This document shows positions 43,837 through 64,000 of a DNA stretch of 64,000 nucleotides, piece by piece. The position numbers and the translations under genes are program-made. This DNA is from Salpingoeca rosetta. Taxonomy: Eukaryota > Protista > Choanoflagellata. Location of the stretch: the NCBI GenBank assembly GCA_033442325.1, contig JAWQFM010000024.1, positions 1,020,596-1,084,595 on the forward strand, in the 5' to 3' direction. The notes beneath the pieces are model-generated. The model saw only the letters and a list, made by a program, of their open reading frames with translations. It was not told the DNA's origin and ran no database searches. Numbering within the stretch: the first letter of the stretch is position 1; each line of letters starts with the position of its first letter.

Positions 43837-44833
43837 TCAGGCGAAGATGTCATCGTCGTCATCGCCAAAGATGTCGTCAAGCGCCGCCTTTGCTGTTGTC
43901 GCCTTCTTCGTCGTCCCTGTTGCTGCAGTTCCTGTCTTCTTCTTTGTCTTGGTGGCCTTCTTCTTCGTGGCTGCGGTGGTGGCTGCGGTGGTTCTGCTGC
44001 TCTTTTTGGCCGCGCCGACATCGCTCGCGCCGTTCGTGCCAGCCGTATCGGCAGCAGCACCAGTGCCTGGTGTTTGTGCGGGTGTATGTGGTTTGAGTGA
44101 GTGAGTGAGTGAGTGAGTGAGTGAGTGAGTGAGTGAGTGAGTGAGTGAGTGAGTGAGTGAGTGAGTGAGTGAGTGAGTGAGTGAGTGAGTGAGTGAGTGA
44201 GTGAGTGAGTGAGTGAGTGTGTGTGTGTGGTGTGTGTGAGTGAGTGAGTGAGTGAGTGAGTGTGTGTGTGTGTGTGAGTGAGGTGGGAAAGTGTGTTGCA
44301 GTGTGTGTTGCAGTGTGTGTGTGAGTACAATTGAGGTACTGCTATATTATCAGCCACGCATATGCCTTCCACCCACACCGCGCTCAACTTTGAAGTAGGC
44401 AGCGTACCGTTGGCCTTGGTCGCCGCCTTCTTTGCCTTGGAGGAGGTGGCTGCCTTCTTCGTCTTGGCCTTGGACTTGGCCTTGGGCTGGGCTGGCGGCA
44501 GGTCGCTGAAGATGTCGTCATCATCACCACCGAACAAATCATCGTCCGTCTTCATCTCCGGCTTCCCGTTTGCTGTTGCCTTCGCGGCTGGCGTCGTTGT
44601 TGTTGCCTTCTTCATGGGCGCAGCGGTGGTGGCTGGTTTGCCGCTGCTTGTGGTGGCTTTGCCCTCCGTCTTCGTTGTCACAGCAGCGGTGGCGTCTGCT
44701 TCCTTTGTTGCTGCAATCTCCTTGGCAGCAGGCTGCTCATGTGTGCAACGCATGTTGCATGTGTGTGTGTGTGTGTGGACGGGTTGTGGATGGGAAGTCA
44801 AGTCAACCAGTTGATGAACCCTCGCGCTTGCCT

Positions 44834-44905
<72 letters not shown>

Positions 44906-45538
44906 GCACACACCCGCACACGCACGCGTGCGCACCACCTTGGTGGGAGAAGGGGAGAAGCCAAAGTCCCCGTCGTCATCATCGTCAGCCTGCAAAGCAC
45001 CAGCACAGCAACATGGTGAGCGGCAAAGGCGGGAGTACGGGTCACAGTTTCTCACACCACGAACTACAAACAGCGAGTTGACCGACCACGCCAAATGCAG
45101 TTCAGCACGACAGCGCGACAACGCACCTCGCCGAAGATATCGCCGAGTCCAGCCTTCTTCTTCATGGCGGTCGCTGTTGCACCACTCTCTTCCTTCTTCG
45201 CATCCAATGGCTTTGATGCCGGTGATGATGATGTTGCTGCTGCTGATGTTGTTGCAGCTCGCTTTGGCGTCGATGTTGTTGCTGCAGCTGCACCCCTGCC
45301 GCTGCGGCGGCGGGAGGTGCGGGTGGGCAGCCGACGCGTGCCCTTCTGCACTCGCAGAGGTGGCGGTGGTGGTGGTGGTGCGGTCGATGAGGATGGACAC
45401 AAATGGAGTGGGTGCATGCATTGTGTGTCAACATGGCGTGCTTAAATAGATGTGCAGACAGACAGAAGCGCAGACAGACACACAGGCAGACAAACACAAA
45501 CAAACAAACACACACACACACACACCACACACACACAC

Positions 45539-45579
<41 letters not shown>

Positions 45580-45788
45580 GGATCTTTGCGCGCGTCTTGG
45601 CGGCGGATGTGAGGGTGTGGGTCGTGGTCATGGGCGCATCGAAGGAGGCCTTTGGGCCCTCAGTCCTCTTCTGCTCGCAGGGAATTGAAGAGACCGCAAA
45701 GTGAGATGATACAGGCAGAAAGGGGGGGGGGGGTTAACGACATACGTGCGCAGGCACACAGACAGACAGACGGACAGACAGACGGACA

Positions 45789-45830
<42 letters not shown>

Positions 45831-48800
45831 CGGACGGACAGACAGACAGAAAGACAGACAGACAGACAGACAGACAGACACACAGACACAGACACACACA
45901 CACACACACACACACACACCCAGACAGAGACAGAAAGACGCACGGGGGTTGGCTGGTGGTCGCCCGGCTTGCGGATGGAGCCCGCAATGGCGGCGCCGAG
46001 AGATGAAATCTTCTTGTTGGCGCTCGACGAGCGGGCTGGCGTCTGGAGAATGAGGTGCAGGGGTCACGGTAAAGATGATAAGCAAAGGGGGGGGGGGACA
46101 AAGGGAGTGATAAATGACAGTAGCCACACATGGATGCATACAAGGGCTCGCGCAGGCAGATATAAGACACACAGACACAGACACAGACACAGACACAGAC
46201 ACAGACACAGACACACACACACACACAACGAACCGCAAAGAACGAATCGTCGTCATCATCGTCATCATCACCGCCTCCAAAGAGGGACTTGGCCTTTGGT
46301 GCAGCAGCTGACGATGATGGTGGTGCTGCCTTTGGCTTCGGCGATGAGGTGGCGGCGGGCTTTGAGCTGCCAAACAGGTCATCATCGTCCTCCTCATCTT
46401 CATCATCGCCAAACATGCTGGCAGCACGTCGCGTTGTCGTTGTCGCTGTCTTGGCGGCCGCTGCTGGCAGCGGTACGCTCTTCTTCGCTGGCTTTGGTTG
46501 TGCAGCAAACAAATCATCATCGTCCTCATCATCAACCATGCTGTCGTCAAACAGCGATTTCGCCTTGCTCGCCTTACCCATCGCCGTACTGCCAGTCTTT
46601 GCCGCCCCAGCCTTGCTCGGCTCTTCCGCTGCTTCTGCACCTGCCTTCGTGCCTGCGCTCTCGCCATGCTCATGCTCAGGTTCGGTGGCTGCCTGCTTCG
46701 ATGCCGCCGGCTGCTGCTGCTGTCGCTTCTTCAGTGCACTGGTCAGGTCGGCTGTCACCCCGAGTCCCATCCCACCAAACGGCCGCCGCTTCGTGGCCTT
46801 CACGTCTTCCTCTTCCCCGCCACCATCACCACCCGTGCTCTCATCCCCCTGCAGCAGCAGCTGCTGCTGTTCTGCCTTGGTTGCACCGGCAGCGCCAAAG
46901 CCGCCCTCGTCACCTTCACCCTCACCCTCGTCGTCGTCGTCGTCGTCGTCGGTGGCAAACAGGCTCTTGCCCTTGCCACCGGTCTTTGGCTTGGTTGCTG
47001 CTGCTGTTGCGGTTGGCGCTGCACCAAACAGCGTGTCGTCATCCTCCTCATCGTCCGAGAGATCAAACAGGCTCTTCTTCACCTTTGGCTTCGTGGCCTG
47101 CAAAACGATAACATGGCATGAAGAGGGGTGGTGAAGATGTGAACGGCATGAGGAGTGTTGGGTCTGCCTGATGAAGAAAAGGTACTGGAGGAGGGCTCAC
47201 GTGACGCAATAGAGGCATGCGTATCTCATTCGCACGCGCATGGCAACACAAACATCGACACCGGCGCAGTTGAACATGCAAGCACAGGCCACCACCACCA
47301 CCACAATACGTTATCACCACCGCCAGCACCACCGCCACCGCACGATATCATATCACATGCAACACCAGCCGGTTCATCTGCCCACCTTTGCCTCTGCCGT
47401 TGGTCCTGTGACCTCATCATCACCACCTGCAGCAGGTGTGGGCTGTTGCTGCTGCTGCTGCTGCTGCTGTGTGACGCGTGGGAGCGGGGCAAAGAGGCTG
47501 TCTGCCTCGTCGTCATCATCATCATCGTCACCACCAAACAAACTCAGCGGCTGTGAACAAGACATGCAGGTGACAGGCGTCAATTGCGGGCGGGAGTTGA
47601 AGGTTACGCAACACCCCTGTTGGTTTCAGGTGGCAATCAAAACAGCAGACAGGCACACACACGCACACACATGTTTTGTCTCCCCTCTCCTGTGCGCGCC
47701 ACCTCGCACCTTTTTCTTTGCGGGGGCGGACACGGGCGCAGCAGCCGGCTTGGCAGCAGACATGAAGTCGCCGTCATCATCATCGTCATCGTCATCACCT
47801 TGGCCAGCAAAGAGACCACCAACACGCGCAGCAGCAGCGGATGCCCCTGTCTTCGCTTTCTTCCCTTCATCCTTCTTCACCTTCTGCTGCTGCTGCTGCT
47901 GCTGCTGCTTCTGCTGTGTCTGCGCTGTGGCAGCGCGGTCACCTCCACCCACATCTTCATCGTCGTCATTCTCCTCCTCCTCCTCCTCGTCGCTGGATGG
48001 TGCCTGCCGCGTGCGCGCCTTCATCGCCTTCATCAGCTCCCCCATATGTGGCAGCGCCATCGCCCCGCCTGGCGGCTTGAGCTGCGATGACTCATCGTCA
48101 CCACCAGCAGCAGCCTCACCATCGGCGCCTTCCTCCGACGCTTCCTGCTGCTGGTGCTGGTGCTGGTGCTGGTGCTGGTGCTGGTGCTGCTGTTGTGTGG
48201 GGATACCCAGACCCCATTCGTCGTCGTCGTCATCATCATCGTCGTTGTCGCCAAAGAGATCAAGACCACCACCAGCCTTTTTCTTCTTCGTTGGTTGCTG
48301 TGCAGCTGCTGTTGGTGCCGCCGCCACTGTCACGTCGCCAAAGAGATCATCATCATCGTCATCATCATCGTCGGAATCGTACATGCGCACAGCACCGGGC
48401 GGTGGCAACTGCTTTGGAGCGAGTGCATGGGAGGAAGGGGAAGAGGGACGAGTAGTGGGAGGGATGCAGATACGCATGTGCGCAGATGATGTGCGCGCGG
48501 ATGGGTGTGTATGAATGTGCGGTAAGCGTGGGGAGGGTTTTGATGGGGCAGGATGGGGAAGTGGAATTGTGTCCACACGATGGCTGAGCAGGACAAAAGG
48601 CTGGACAGACACACGTTGACACATATCAACCATCCAAGAATCACAACGAGGAAGCAAATGCATGCACTTGCACCACATCACGACACTGCACTGCACGACT
48701 CACCATGGTGCGGGCAGGTCCAGCCATGGCGCTCTCCCCGCCTTGCTCCTGCTCCGTGCCATCAACATCAATGTACTCATCATCACCACCGCCACCTGCT

Positions 48801-49302
48801 GCTGCTGCTGCTGTTGTCGCCGATCGTGGCTGCATCGCGGCCTCGAAATCGTCTTCGTCCGAGGAGTCATCGAAGTTCAGGACGTTACTCGTCGCTTCAG
48901 ACCCGCTGCCGTCCTCAAACGGATCCGCAACTGATCAGCAACGACAAAGGCAAGTGGCCGGGGGGGGGATGAGGACGTGACAAATGTGTGAACGAGCGTG
49001 AGCGTGCGCGCGTGTGCTGAAAGAGCAAGATACTGGCAGGCACATGCGTGGACCATGCACGCAACCACGCATGCACCGAACCAACACCACCATCATCACC
49101 ACGTGAGCGTGCTACCTTGCTGTGTCTCTGCTGGTGCTGCGAGGGACTCTGCCTCGTCGGCCTCCGAGACGACGGACGACGCGTCGCTGTGGTCGTCATC
49201 AAGCACAGCCTCCTCTTCCTCCTCCTGGCAGCACGCGCACCGGGCACAAGGGGGGGGGGAGGTTGAGGGTGTGCGCATGTGTTAGTGCGTGGGGAAGTGC
49301 AG

Positions 49303-49367
<65 letters not shown>

Positions 49368-49684
49368 TTGGGCCGGCGAGTGTGTGTGGGGAGGGGGGGG
49401 TAGAAGGGAAAGAGGAGAGACATTTTTTCCCGGTGAGGGGATGAGAGGGTATAAAGGAGGAGAGAGAAATCGCGTATCCGTTGGGAAGAATCCCGGACGA
49501 AAGTACAGTTTGCGAAGTCAAGGTATTGGTCTATGCTTATTCCGCTGGAAACTTATACTAAATAGGGGCTCAGTAGCGGAGTGNNNNNNNNNNNNNNNNN
49601 NNNNNNNNNNNNNNNNNNNNNNNNNNNNNNNNNNNNNNNNNNNNNNNNNNNNNNNNNNNNNNNNNNNNNNNNNNNNNNNNNNNC

Positions 49685-49756
<72 letters not shown>

Positions 49757-50223
49757 CACACACACACACAGACACACACACACACACATGCACACACATG
49801 TACGGCTTCGTGCCTCTACCTTGATCTCGTATGTGGTGATGGTCTGCATGCGCGGTCCGTCTGGGTGCTGTTCCGGCGCCGTATCGTCGTCGTCGTCGCT
49901 GTGATCGTTCGGCACTTCAACTTCTTGCTCAACCAGGTCAAACGCTTCGTCAAACACCTGGTGATGGTGATGGTGATGGTGGTGGTGGTGGTGACGGTAA
50001 GTCACACGGCAGCGCAGCACAAAGCATGCGCGAGCGTCAAGAGACATCAGCGGCAGACATTGCCCGCAAAAACATGCACAAACACGCAGACATACACCAC
50101 ATACAAACACTGTGCTGTGTCTACCTTGAGGCCGAGGAAGACGGACTGCTTAAACTTTGGGATAATCTCTGCCTCTTTTTCCTCCTGTGTTTTCTCCTCT
50201 GTCTTCTCTTCAGGCGCCTCAGC

Positions 50224-50285
<62 letters not shown>

Positions 50286-51910
50286 TTGGTGGTGATGATG
50301 GTGATGATGATGATGATGATGGATACGAGGATGGTACTATTGTGTCATGGAGTGCAGTGTGGTGGCTGAAGTGTCAGGCAAACACGCACACACACACATA
50401 CATACACACATGCGTGCAACATAGTTGACATCCCATTCACCATGGGCGTGGTGTTGTACCTTCTGTGGGCTTTTCAATGTCTGTTGTGTCTTCGTACACG
50501 CGGTTCTCAATGAACTGCGATCACATGTGGGCCGCGAGTCATGTGAGCGATGTAATGCGTTGATATAATCAGTGCAATCACACACACACACAAACACAAA
50601 GCGACATACACACAGACACAGACACAGACACAGACACAGACACACGAACACACAGACACAGACGTGCAGCGCACCTGTGAGTTGGAGAGCATGAGGAATT
50701 CGTTGAAGACGTTTGACACGCGCACGTCTGTCTCCCGCGTCTCTGCAACGAGCGAATCCACGGCCTTTTCCACCTCTGATGTCTTTGACAACACGCGGCG
50801 GGAAAACTGCACACGCGCATGTGTACATGGGTGATGGCATGCACCATGAGAATGCACGACAAGTGCAACGCCAGATCAGCGTGTGATATGATCGCGAGTA
50901 GCGCAAACACACACACAGACACACAAGCGTAAACACACACACATACACACACAAAAGCGTACGCACACACACGCACACACACACACAGACAAGCGTAAGC
51001 ACACACACACATACACACAAGCATAAGCACACACACATACACACACACACACACACACAAAATCGTACGCACACACACACACACACACACAGGAACAGGT
51101 CTGTCATACGTCTTGGAGGTATTTGAGGAGGCCACAGTCGGCCGCGAGGGACCAGCGGGTGCTGGCGGCCCGCATCTCCTGCAGCGTCCACGCACGCTCC
51201 CAGTTCTGCGCAAAACACACGCACACGCGCGCACGCACATATGAGCGGTGGTGCGGACAAGCGGTGATGCTGGCAAGGGACAGCGCGCACACACGCACAC
51301 AACTAAACTAAACAAGCAAAGAGCACGCACCTTTTCTCCATCTTGCTGCTGTTGCTGCTGTTGTTCACCTGCAGAGATCAACCGTGAACGTAAGATGTTG
51401 AGCGTGTGATGACTGACACAACACCTAACCAGATCAAGCACGCGTGCAAACCCGTCTCCGCTCGTGGGCACTGTCCATGCTCATGTGCGCTGACCACGCA
51501 TGGGATCCCCTTCGCACAGAAACGCAGCAAACACACCTTGAGCGGGTGCACCGTTTGGCGTTCCATTCATGCTTGCCGCCGCTGGCTCCGTCGTCGTCGT
51601 TGTAGTTTGAGGTGCTGCTGCTGGCGGCGCTGGTGGTGCTGGCGGCGGCGGCGGCGGCGCACCGCTTCCATTGGCAGGAGGAGGTGGAGGAGGTGGAGGT
51701 GGCGGTGGTGGTCCGCCTGTCGAGGTTGCAGGTGGTGGTGGAGGCGGTGGTGGCGGGGGAGGCGCCCCTCCATCTGCACATCATGGTTTGAGTGGCGACG
51801 ATGATTGTTGTTTCGTGATGGATTCCATCGTGTGTGTGTGTGCATGTGCATGTGTGTATGTGCATGTGCATGTGTGTGTGAGTACATGTGTGTGTGTGTG
51901 TGGTGTGTGC

Positions 51911-51951
<41 letters not shown>

Positions 51952-52226
51952 CAGTCTTGCATGAGTACTGTCCTCGTGCACACATTGAGAGAGATGCAGA
52001 TCGACAGGTACACACACACACATACACACACACACATACACACAACAGACACATACACACACACACACACACACACAGACAGACAAAAACACACAGACAC
52101 GCACAACAGAGACAGACACGCAGACAACACAAACAAACATCAGAGACAACAAACAAAACGACCTTTACCCGTGGCTGGAGGAGGAGGTGGCGGCGGTGGC
52201 GGTGGAGGTGGTGGTGGAGGTGGCAT
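43837..52226 (-). CDS. WASHC2: WASH complex subunit 2 (FAM21) with a polyproline N-terminal extension
   Basis: Head domain [31 protein letters not shown]|FSRRVLSKT...[15 protein letters not shown]|FIENRVYE is the FAM21 signature. A long acidic tail carries many LF/IF+acidic (LFa) motifs and a CPI-like [11 protein letters not shown]...RRLPTR. It ends ...DDDDIFA*. Part of the gene lies in the gap at 49584-49683. Confidence 0.92.
44094..44261. repeat. (GTGA)n intronic microsatellite
   Basis: Seen directly, in the last FAM21 intron. Confidence 0.95.
49584..49683. other. Assembly gap (100 N)
   Basis: Run of N within FAM21. Confidence 1.
50225..50320. repeat. (GAT)n microsatellite, (ATC)n on the sense strand, abutting an acceptor
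   Basis: Seen directly. Confidence 0.95.
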
Positions 52227-52619
52227 CACTTCCTCTCTGTCTGTCTCTCTCTGTCTCCCTCTGCTGTGTCTCTGCTGTGTCTCTCTGTATCACTTCTCAC
52301 TTCGCTGTCTCTCACGTTCGCCGCACACAAGCCTCGCTCGTTTCCTTGTCCTTGCTCTGCTTTGTTGTTGTTGGAGGAGAGGAGTGGATGTCGTCGTCGC
52401 CTGCTGGTGACGTCGCTATATCTTTGTCTGTCGCTGTCGTTAGCGCACAACAAAGGAAAAAATTTAAATTCTTCAACAAAACGAACAGTCCTCTGCTGTT
52501 GACTGCGGCTGCCACACCCACATCCAACCACAACATCCAACCACCAAGACAGCAAGACAGCAAGACAGCAAGACCGCAAGACAGGAGCGCATCGTGCGGT
52601 GGTGGTGTAGACCTGAGTC

Positions 52620-52673
<54 letters not shown>
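52227..52673. promoter_or_regulatory. Divergent intergenic region / putative bidirectional promoter for FAM21 and TMC
   Basis: 447 bp between head-to-head start codons. Contains an AT-rich patch (AAAAAATTTAAATT ~52457), a (CAAGACAG)-like tandem ~52546-52582 and a (CA)n tract just upstream of the TMC ATG. Confidence 0.5.
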
Positions 52674-62554
<9,881 letters not shown>

Positions 62555-62598
62555 CATGGCATGACACGCGTGTTGGTTCCATTCGCTCATCCAACACA

Positions 62599-62678
<80 letters not shown>

Positions 62679-62953
62679 CGCACACACATTCGCTCTGCTT
62701 TGTCGTTTTGTTTGTAGCTTGTGCACAATTCACCTTTTCTGTATGACTAGAGACATGGTTTTGTTCATGTCATGATTATTAGACACCGCTGTTGCTTGTT
62801 CTTCAGACACGCGCGTTTGCTTTCGTTTTTGTTTTATTTGGGGTTTGGCCGTGGTTGAGTGATGTGACGTGACACACCAGCAGACAATCAACACGAAACT
62901 AGCAGATTGAACACAAGCATTCTGGCGCAAAGAGAGGGAGAGAAAGAGGAGCA

Positions 62954-63030
<77 letters not shown>

Positions 63031-63153
63031 ACACAACACTCAAATCAACTAGCAAGTGCAAAAGACGATCACATCACAACGTCCCCCACCCCTCTTCTGT
63101 TTGCCTAAGCCATCGCACACGTGCTGGTGTCAGGCCGTGCCAGCAGTTCACAC

Positions 63154-63936
63154 CTACACCTCTGCGTTGAGCACGCGCATGACGTCATCGAAGAATGGGA
63201 TGCGGTTCTCGCGATCCCAGAGATGACCGAGACGCACCAGCACAAACTTCTTGGAAGGAATGATCATGAGCATCTGCCCTTTGTAACCCTCGGCAATGAT
63301 TGCCTCATGCGGAATGCACTGCGTCGTCCACGCGCTCTCCTCAATGTGTTGCGCAATACACGCGGTGCGCGGGTCCTGCTGCAGTTGCGTCACGTTCTCG
63401 CGGCCGGCGGGTGGGTGCCACCATCCGCCAGAATAAATGTCATCGGTGACAGTCAGGCGCTTGAAGGTGAAGTCGCGAAGATATGACGCCGGCACCACTT
63501 GCTGCTCACCCCAGCGGCCGTGCTGGTATTGGAAGAAGCGTGGTGGAGGTGGAGGAGGAGAGGGTTGACGTGGCGTGGATTAGCGATGACAACCAATGTG
63601 GCAACCATGCCCGTGTGTGTGTGTGTATGTGTGTGTGTGTGTGCGTGTGTGTATAATATGTGTACGTGTGTGTGCATGCATGCATGCAACGTGTACGCGT
63701 TAGAAGGAGCGCAAGTGGAGTGATGTGATGGGATCATGAAACCAAGTTGCTCTAAGACATGCTCCATGTCCAAGGTTCTCCCTTTCCTTGAATGGCAAAC
63801 TCACCTGCAAGTGGAGGACGCCGAAACGTGCCCAGTCGCGGGCGGTGGCAAACCCAAAGCTGCTGCCAACAAAGATGCCCTCGCTGTCCGTCTCCAGCAC
63901 AAACGACTTTGCCCCAATGGGTGCAAACAGCTGATA
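63154..63936 (-). CDS. Beta-lactamase-related serine hydrolase (6-aminohexanoate-dimer hydrolase-like), 3' part only
   Basis: Last two exons: LFAPIG...ETDSEGIFVGSSFGFATARDWARFGVLHLQ|HGRWGEQQVVPASY...YSGGWW...AEGYKGQMLMIIPSKKFVLVRLG. These are typical C-terminal motifs of this family. The SxxK motif lies outside the window. Confidence 0.85.
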
Positions 63937-64000
63937 CAAGCAGTTGAGGGATGAGAAGTATGGGTGGTGAGGCACAAGGTACACAGGGACATAAGAACTG

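Noticed and set aside
45969-48514. Long + strand ORFs (380, 281 and 424 aa)
   Set aside because: Antisense shadows of low-complexity FAM21 exons.
49380-49583. Compositionally odd, purine-rich stretch suggesting foreign DNA or a mobile element
   Set aside because: It abuts an N gap after a microsatellite and is most likely low-quality read-end sequence; no terminal repeats or coding motifs.

Overview
Eukaryotic, intron-rich and gene-dense DNA with very abundant (GT/CA)n, (CACT)n and trinucleotide microsatellites in short GT-AG introns. The style and gene content suggest a choanoflagellate such as Salpingoeca rosetta (inference). Most entries in the supplied ORF track are microsatellite or antisense artefacts. 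Splicing exons by hand gives 11 protein-coding genes: importin-11 (5'-partial, +), a Kir-family channel lacking the GYG filter (-), an ELO fatty-acid elongase (-), IMMP2L/IMP2 peptidase (+), an intronless HD-like protein resembling a cyanobacterial/algal family (+), a small hypothetical protein (-), hormone-sensitive lipase (+), a large MIT-LRR-GTPase-REM-RasGEF fusion (-), FAM21/WASHC2 (-), a TMC channel with a ~1000-aa N-terminal extension (+) and a 5'-partial beta-lactamase-family serine hydrolase (-). There are four assembly gaps. The best leads are the Kir-like channel with TNSDD in place of TIGYG, the pseudo-GTPase/RasGEF fusion, the intronless pseudo-HD gene, the 5'-G/T versus 3'-A/C polarity of intronic repeats, and a triple palindrome in a bidirectional promoter. 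Exon coordinates were read by eye and may be off by a few bases. Family assignments come from recalled motifs, not from database searches.
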